A stretch of 62,154 bases of DNA, counting the filler, from Choristocarpus tenellus KU-1152 (Eukaryota > Protista > Phaeophyceae), in the NCBI GenBank assembly GCA_964200185.2. It is 10 parts of 10 records of this genome, joined end to end, with 100 filler letters (N's around TTAATTAATTAA, not from the genome) between each part and the next. Parts side by side here need not be neighbours in the genome. Positions count along the whole stretch, not along the records: positions 53,414 to 62,154 come from CAXNAD020004381.1; 9 more parts are not named here. One strand, 5' to 3'. Below, one piece after another: positions 54,556 through 62,154 of this stretch; the first letter of the stretch is position 1; every line of letters starts with the position of its first letter. The translations under genes and the position numbers were made by a program. The notes below the pieces were generated by a model. The model ran no database searches and was not told where the DNA came from. It saw nothing but the letters and a program-made list of their open reading frames with translations.

Positions 54556-57500
54556 ATGCCCCCTCGAGATGCCAATGAACATGGGATCGACCAGGGCACC
54601 GTGGTGCCTGTGAGTGAGAGACCTTTGTGGTATTGAAAATATACTCTATTGAAATGTCAAGCTTGGTGTGCTGTAACCAGAATGATCACATGGTATGCAA
54701 CGAGTCGGAGACTAAGCTGTTTTTGTCTCTTACAATAGTTGTTATCGTTGTCCTCCTCCTTGATTGGTAGGGCGATATCGAGATCGGTGCAGTGGTGACT
54801 CCAGAGGGCAAACACTCGGCAGCGAAGAACGGAGTATCATCGGAGAAGGTGCGGCTCTTTTTCTCACACTGTTGACTTTGCTGTTGTTCGATGTATGCTC
54901 TGCACGTTGAGCAATTCGGTTGTTTACACTATTATCATATATTCGAATAACTCGAACGTCATGTTGCATGTTGCGCAATTGCTGGCCTTGACAACGGTAT
55001 GCACACAGCATCACACCCTTGCGTAGCATGTTGCGAGATGCAGCTAGGGTCCGAAGCTATAGATTTGAGACTCCACATTGTCTGATACTGCCTCCCTGTC
55101 TTGTATAACAGTCGTTTAGGTCCACCTCATCGGCTACACGTTGTGAATCGCTGACGAGGTCAAATGCTTTCTTACGTTCCAATTGTACACCAACTAGTTC
55201 CTTGGAGATTTATGACGACTGAAAATCAGACATGCACCCCAATGTAACTCTTTCCCTGGGTCAGGTGGACATAAGAATTAATGAGATTAACTACAGCGTG
55301 GAGGTATCCGGGTTCTTTGCCACCCTGACAGGGGAAAAGAAGGGCACGAAGAAGATCCTCAAAGGTGTCAGTGGTGCCATTGGTTCGGGACAAATCCTAG
55401 CCATAATCGGATCATCGGGGGCAGGAAAGACGTCCCTTCTTGATATTCTGGTCGGGAAGGTGAGAGTAGGGGATGAGCCGATGGCACAGGATTGTGTACG
55501 CTGAGGGTACAGAGTCATCAAACTCTTACTCTCCTGCGGAGAAAAAGATGAGACATGAAAGATCACACTTGTAGGTGCGCACACGGATCTCAATTCATCT
55601 GTAGTCGCACGTACTCATCGCATCTTCTCTCGACCATGTTGTACAGTAGGTGTGTTTCACGTCGGAACTAGATGTATCCATATGTGATACAACTCTACTG
55701 AGAAGTAACACGACAATTAGTTATCAGTGTAGGAGATCATCTACCCCACCCTTCTCACCTGAGCATATCTGAGCTCGCTTCCCCATTCAAAGCGCTTGTT
55801 TTCGGTGATGGCACGTGGGTTTCTTGAGGCGTGCAGGTTCATGCAGGTGATAAGAAGGCTTCAATTGAAGGTAGCATCACCGTGAATGGAGAGCCCATGA
55901 GTCGTGACTTTTTCCTTGAAAATGCTGCTTACGTCCCGCAAGAAGATCGTCTTTGGAGTGCACTAACAGGTATGCACGTACTTGAACCCAACGACTGAGA
56001 AAATGGATGATGGGTACGTGTAGACAGGAATCCAGTCAACCCCCTTCCCCCTACTACCCTATGATGCCATTTTCAGTAGTTATTTTTCCCCGAGGCTCAT
56101 GCTTGGGGTACTACTTGCAGACACCTCTTCTTCTCTGCTACAAGGGAGATACCTGCTGCTGTATCGCCTTTGGTTTTGCAGGAGGGGCGGTTTGTTATTG
56201 GAGCTCTACAATGACGTCGGGTTCTAAGTGAACAGTGTGTGGTTCCTTGCATGTAGGTCATTTGTTGTAAATATTTCCTTGTACTTCGTTTTCAGTCCTC
56301 TAACCCAAGATGTGCCCTTTCTCCCCTATCGTGACTGCCGCGTGACACTCGGGTCCAGTGCGCGAGAATCTGTTCTACTCTTGCAAGCTACACAACCCCA
56401 ACCTCTCTGCTTCGGTTTGCGATTCAAGGGTTGATGAAGTACTGGGAAGCCTTGGGCTCGTGGGCTGTCAACACACCAAGGTCAATACGGTTGAAGATCT
56501 TGACAACAGCTTTTCTCATTGTCCAATTCCAGCTGGTCACAATAGCATCGAATGACCGAGCCCAACACCGTTTTTTGTATTGATAAGCACGCCGTGCCAA
56601 ACCTTGACCAAACACCTCACTAATCGCACTTCATTGTCCAACCCATGACACAACCCACAATAAACAGATCGGCAACGTGTTCCTGAAAGGGGTGTCCGGT
56701 GGGCAAAAGCGACGAACACCTATCGGCATGGAGCTTGTTGCAGACCGCAAAGTACTCTTTCTTGGTGTGTGCCCTCTGCAGCTACGAACACACTTCCTCA
56801 CGTCTTAGCTGTAGTAGTAGAGATGTGTTGTGCTGAGGAGAATTTAGATAATCGAAAGTGTTATGTATTGCTATTATCACACCTGTGCGCGTGTTACGAA
56901 GTAAACAGCCCATCATCATTTTCTTACGCCCTCTTTTGAACATTCGACCAAACAACCTAGTGTTAAACTGTGGGCTTACAGGTCTATCCAATTAAGTAGA
57001 CCCTCACATCAAATGTTCATCAACATATATATCTTGTATATACCCTTCATACCCACCTCCTCCTTCACCGCAGATGAGCCAACATCGGGCCTGGACGCTG
57101 CCTCAGCAGCAGAAATAATGGCTCTGTTGAAACGTCTCGCAGTAGAACGAGGTGTTGCAATTATCACGAGCGTTCATCAACCCTCTACGCACGTCTTTAA
57201 CAGCTTTGATCAGGTGCTTACGATAGTCCCTTAGAGCTCTAACCTGTGAGTGTAGAACAAAACGGGTACCAGACCTCTTCTTTCGTTCTTGTTCTGTGAG
57301 ATCTACGGACTCTGAGAGTAGGTTCTAGGTACAAGACTAGCATAGTGCTCCGAAGGGTTCCTTGATCTATGACGTTTTTGTAATATATATATGTATGTAT
57401 ATTGTAAGCACAAAGTACTGTGAATGTAGATGGTTGCATGTCTAATTGTAGTAACCTGTCACCGAATGTGATCCCCGCCTGTTGCGTACAATCCACATTC

Positions 57501-60500
57501 TCTCCTCTATGGCGTAATGTTGTCATGATCGAATCAGGTGATCCTCCTCACTATGGGACAAACTGCATTCTTTGGTCCGGCCTCGGAAGCTTTGCAATAC
57601 TTTGCTGGACTTGGACTCAAGCCCACAGGGTTGGTCAATCCCGCTGATTATTTACTGGAGGTAAGCAGTACACTTTATTGCAGCTGTTTCTTGCCTCCAG
57701 GTGAAACCTTCCCATTCTATGAGTACTTGTAATAATTGTCAACCTAGCAGACACTGAGGAATATTTATTGAGACTTGGGTTCAAACCCTCCTAACCCTAA
57801 CCCTACATCTGGTACACCTAACTTCCCCCAGATCACCAATTCAGACTTCTCGGATGCCACTGTCGTCCAAGATTTGGCAAACTCCTGGAAAACGTCCTCA
57901 GCTAATGCGACCCTTATGTCTCGGATCGTCTCAGCAAACCCTCCATCCATCCCGAGGAAGCCCAGCCAGGGCCTGAGGGCAGGCCTGCTGCGATTATTCA
58001 CCCTTGTTAAGCGTGCAGGGCAGAATAGCGCCAGGGATCCTGCGGCATATGCATTCCGCTTGGTGCTATATGTCTTCATGAGCTGCTTCCTGGGGAGTGT
58101 GTAAGTCTGGAACGAAGAAGGGAATTCACTTGAGTGGGAAAGGTTCTCGTTGCGTACCATGGTAGTTGTGTATGTATGGTTTCGTAGCAGCAATTGCAAG
58201 TAGTGAAGCAGGACAATAAGTTATTCTCTGCCTCAATAACTCATGCTTCTCTGTCATTACTACTGTCGTCCAGAAGATGATGTGCGAACTAATAATCTGT
58301 GCAGAAAATTCTGATCCTGGCTTCTGAGTCTTTGACAACACGTTCTGTATCAACCTCAGGTACTACCGTGTGGACAACAATCAGGAGGATCTCCTCAACC
58401 GCGCCTTCCTAATCCTATGGATGAACGCATTCAACTCATGTGTGTACTTTATGCCACCCCAAGTGATGGTACACCTTTTGCCAAAAGTGATGCTTTTTGT
58501 TGATGAGATACATAATGCACGAGTCTGTTCATTTTCGTAATCTATTCCCAATCATGCATCCAATCGTTGTAAGGAATTTGTACCAATGGCAAAGGAACTT
58601 GAGTTCATCTCCTCTTGCTGTTCCTCCAGCATATATCTGTATGCATGTATGTATGCAATAGATATCCGAAGAAGAAAAATAACTATAGAGATAATAACTG
58701 CAGCACCACGGATGCATTAATGTGGTGGTATCAATGAACCAATATTAATTTTCCTGAGATATTCCAACTCAGCCAAGAGATTTTGCCCCTGTCAGAAACC
58801 AACAACCCTGCTGTTGTTGTAAGTACAATGCTATCCCCTCCTACTCTCCATGAGGAGGGCGACGTGATGTGCGCTGGTTAACATCTTTCTTTTCCATACA
58901 TCGCTTTCTCGTGGGACGCAACAACAGATATGGATATGGCAGCTATTCCTGTCTTCAGCTTGGAGAAGGAGGCTGTCGTGAAGGAGTTTCAGGTGAGAAA
59001 CGTGTTCTCATGGCAGCAGGATGTTTAAACGTTGCATCTCACGTGCAATGTGACCCTGCTCCACCCATACGCGTTTCCACTCGGCTCTGTGCGGACAGTA
59101 TAGAGGGCTGTCCACTCTGTGGCATCCTCCGATAATCTCATGGATTGATTTATCGCCGTAATGGAAAGCTTGACTTGTGAAGAGCAAGATATATGTAGGA
59201 TACAATGAAAAGATCTGGAGTAGTGATTGTAAGTAATGGTTGTGCTGAGTGGACAACATTGATCGGGCATTGATGTCAGTTCTCCCATTACTCCAACCCC
59301 CAACCCTTCGCCTGACTATTCCTCGTCTTCTATTGCAACAGAATGGCCAGTACAGTGTGGGTATCTACTGCCTTGCCACTGCGGTGGTACAGACCCTTTT
59401 GTGATCCTCATAGCCATCTCCTGCACCACCCCAGTGTACTGGATAACCGAGATGAACAATGATGCAGACCGGTGAGCTCAAACAGCGTTCCAATTCTTGA
59501 TATTTTGTCTGGTCCGTGCACTTTGAAGTTGGAGGAGAACAGTCAAGCCTTGTCATCCCCCATAGAAATCTTGTGCAAGTTCACATCACTCGCTTGGAGA
59601 GCGCTAGTCAGTGTATTTCTCATATCTATCGTGATGGGGTGCTATTGAATATTGTGTTCAGGCATGGGAAAGCACGGTCATTGCTTGGTTTAGTGTGCAA
59701 AGAGCTGGGCGTCATGGCTCACACCTACATCTATGCTGCCTCCTCAACATTGCTCATGCTCTGTTCCGCTGCCCACCACGACACTATTCGGGGAGCAGGT
59801 TCTTCATGTTCCTGGCTGTAATGTTTTGTTTGCTCTATGTCGTCGAAGCCCTTGCCCTTCTCATGGGAGCTATGATCAAGGTGAGCAACACAGCGCACAA
59901 TTTGATACTGTGTTTCAGCCGAAAATAGGGACCGGACTCTGTCAACTTCTTTATGTACTTCTTAAAGCACTTGCTGCAATCAATTCTAGACCTTTCTGAA
60001 CCCTATGTTTGTTTTTGTCATGCTGCTGCTCATGTCATGGAATCAGAACTTCATCCTGGCCATCGCTATGTTCTCTTCAATCCTGTCCCAGTTCTTCATC
60101 TTCAACGGGTGAGCAGAAATTGTGCCCATACATTGTACTATGCCAAACTTTGTAGCCTCTTTTCTTTATCGTGTTTCTGGCTCATATCGTGTTCAATTTA
60201 TTCATCTGCACATTGGGCTGCGGTTTGAGGCTTGTTTTGGGACCGTTTTGGTAGTATTGTTGGAAGAAACCACTAACCTCGATCCCCTTGTGTATCACCA
60301 CTTTGAGGTTGTGTGTGTAGGTGAATGTTGTGTAGTAGTGCCTTAAAGGAAATTTTAGCTGAGCTGAGTGATATGGAAGAGCAAGATCAACAGACTTGCC
60401 CTCTCCTCGAAATACATTGTGTAGAGCATCGTGATTTGCACCATAATACCAGCCTACCGGTGACCGCTCACTCCTTGATGTTTCATGTAATATTTGCTGT

Positions 60501-61855
60501 ATTTAAAATTGTGCTCAGCTTTTTCATTTCACCAGATAACATGCCAAAGTTTTGGATCTGGCTCTACTGGATCTCACCGTTGAGGTGAGAAGTGACACCA
60601 CATATTTCGGGAAATTTTGTGCCCAACCTTCTCATTCGTGTGAAGTGCGAAGGCGACTATGGTTATCAAGGGTTTGATACCATAAGTCCGTTGACTTGAA
60701 GCATTTTCCAATATGGTGCACAACACATGGTGGATCGGGTTGGAACCTACGGTATTGATCATTTTCTCACTACAGCAATAGCAGTAGTATAGCAGTAAGT
60801 AGTGGAGCAAAGCTACTATTGCGAGATGTTTCAGTTGTGTCATCACTTCCTACTGTATGTGTCGTCGTGTTCATTGCCAATCATTAAGCATCTAGAGTGC
60901 TCTCAACTCATAACCTGCCACTTTAATGTATTCCAATGATAACTCGCGTAGTGGGATGATATCTAGTCCAGGCTGCACTGCATTGTCACTAACACCTTGA
61001 CTTGTTCTTCTCCTGAATGGTCGATTACCAGGGTTTTCTGCATCACACGCGTTTCTAAGGATAAGAAATCTCGACATTTCGTCCTTGACGTTACCATTCA
61101 ATCATTACTTTCAAAATACCCCAAATACGGAGTATGCCAAGTGAACCAACCTGCCTCCCTCACAGAGCTCCAGATGATATTATGGACTGAATTGTGAAGT
61201 ACTATAGAACATTTAGAAGCGCCCAAATCGACTTTGAGTAAGCCAGTAGGAGGTTGACAGACGTGAACATGCTTTTTCCTTGTTTGCCCTGGATTTGAAG
61301 TGTTTCCTAACCCCAGTTCATTATAGGTCTGCCCTCATCTCTATGTGCTGATTCCTTTGTAAATATCATCCCTTGCTGATCTGTCACGCGCTTGCAGGTA
61401 TGCTTGGGAAGCTCTGGCCAAAATCACCATCGAGAATCAGACTTACTCGGGATCTGACACCTGCACCATCTGCTACGGAGAATTGGGGGAGGAGGTAAGA
61501 ACACCCATAGGGCTCAAGCTTAACAGTATCAGACCGGTTTAGGACCCAGACAGTCTTATGAGGTGGTTAGGGGGAGGGTTGAGTGGGGGCAAGGTCTTCT
61601 GTTTGTGAATGGTTTCAAACTGTCTGCCATGGTTAACCGTATTATAAATCTTGTTGGCAATGCTCTCAGTTACATGCTCTTTCCCCCAAAACGCCAAACC
61701 CCAAATGATAACTGCAGGTCCTTGATTCTCTAAGCAGTGAAGGCGCTACCAACCTGAATGATGTGAGCATTGCTGGATGGATTGGGGTTTTGATCGGCAT
61801 GGCCATCGTCTTGCGCTTTTTCCACTACGTTATCTTGAGGCAGTGGATCAGGTAG
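54556..61855 (+). CDS. ABCG (White-family) half ABC transporter, 16 exons; 1-bp frameshift in exon 11 (possible young pseudogene or assembly error)
   Basis: Exons: 54556-54609, 55265-55459, 55837-55969, 56359-56480, 56668-56764, 57074-57213, 57538-57660, 57832-58100, 58360-58439, 58928-58992, 59342-59471, 59799-59880, 60047-60108, 60519-60584, 61398-61494, 61718-61855. Motifs: Walker A GSSGAGKT, Q-loop YVPQED, signature VSGGQKRR, Walker B LFLDEPTSGLD, H-loop SVHQP, NPADY, then a TMD with WLYWISPLRYAWE. Confidence 0.92.
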
Positions 61856-62133
61856 TGGAACAGGAATCTCCAAAATGCTACTCTGTAAAGCGATACCTCC
61901 ATAAGCGATTCGAATGTAGGTGATCAGATACAAGTTAATAAAATATCTGCTGTCACCCATCGCAACCCAATCGGTGGTGGCAACTCCCGGGACCCTCACA
62001 GGTCAATTGGTTGGTTGGCTCTGACACTCCCTTGTTGGTGATATCATTGGTTGTTGGAGAGTGTGTGGTGATGGCCTGGGGATGTAAGTAGATGTACATG
62101 TTGTGGTTTTGTTCATCGCAATCTTCATTGATT

Positions 62134-62154
62134 GGGTCAAAGTATCTTGGGGGG
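62134..62154. mobile_element. Left end of MITE subfamily B at window end
   Basis: GGGTCAAAGTATCTTGGGGGG. Confidence 0.7.

Noticed and set aside
59394-59400. CCCTTTT as a programmed -1 frameshift site rescuing the ABCG
   Set aside because: The heptamer is not in the X_XXY_YYZ register relative to the incoming frame (ACC CTT TTG).

Overview
This is not one locus. It is ten short eukaryotic contigs joined by an artificial 100-bp linker (44 N + TTAATTAATTAA + 44 N). The contigs are 1-4345, 4446-7893, 7994-18097, 18198-27624, 27725-30482, 30583-36753, 36854-39852, 39953-48890, 48991-53313 and 53414-62154. The genome is intron-rich, and the CDC48 sequence suggests a stramenopile, probably a brown alga or close relative (inference). 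I reconstructed these genes exon by exon with consistent splice phases: the 3' part of a CCA-adding tRNA nucleotidyltransferase; the 5' half of CDC48/p97; the 3' end of a protein arginine methyltransferase; a complete 4-exon cAR/GCR1-like 7TM receptor, head-to-head with an intronless thiamine pyrophosphokinase; a secreted mucin/adhesin-like protein; a 16-exon ABCG half-transporter carrying a 1-bp frameshift; and fragments of two unknown genes. Mobile DNA includes a decayed Ty1/Copia element with a very short LTR and probable hAT, pogo and LINE remnants. The strongest non-gene signal is a dense family of non-autonomous TIR elements (about 19 copies or ends). They share the core AAAGTATCT and mostly GRG..CYC termini, and one subfamily has 4-bp target-site duplications, so they look Sola2-like. 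They sit at many contig ends. Other oddities are frequent AAG splice acceptors and telomere-like CCCTAA repeats at branch-point distance from acceptors. I see no support for a prokaryote-type novel system such as CRISPR, a retron or a defence island.
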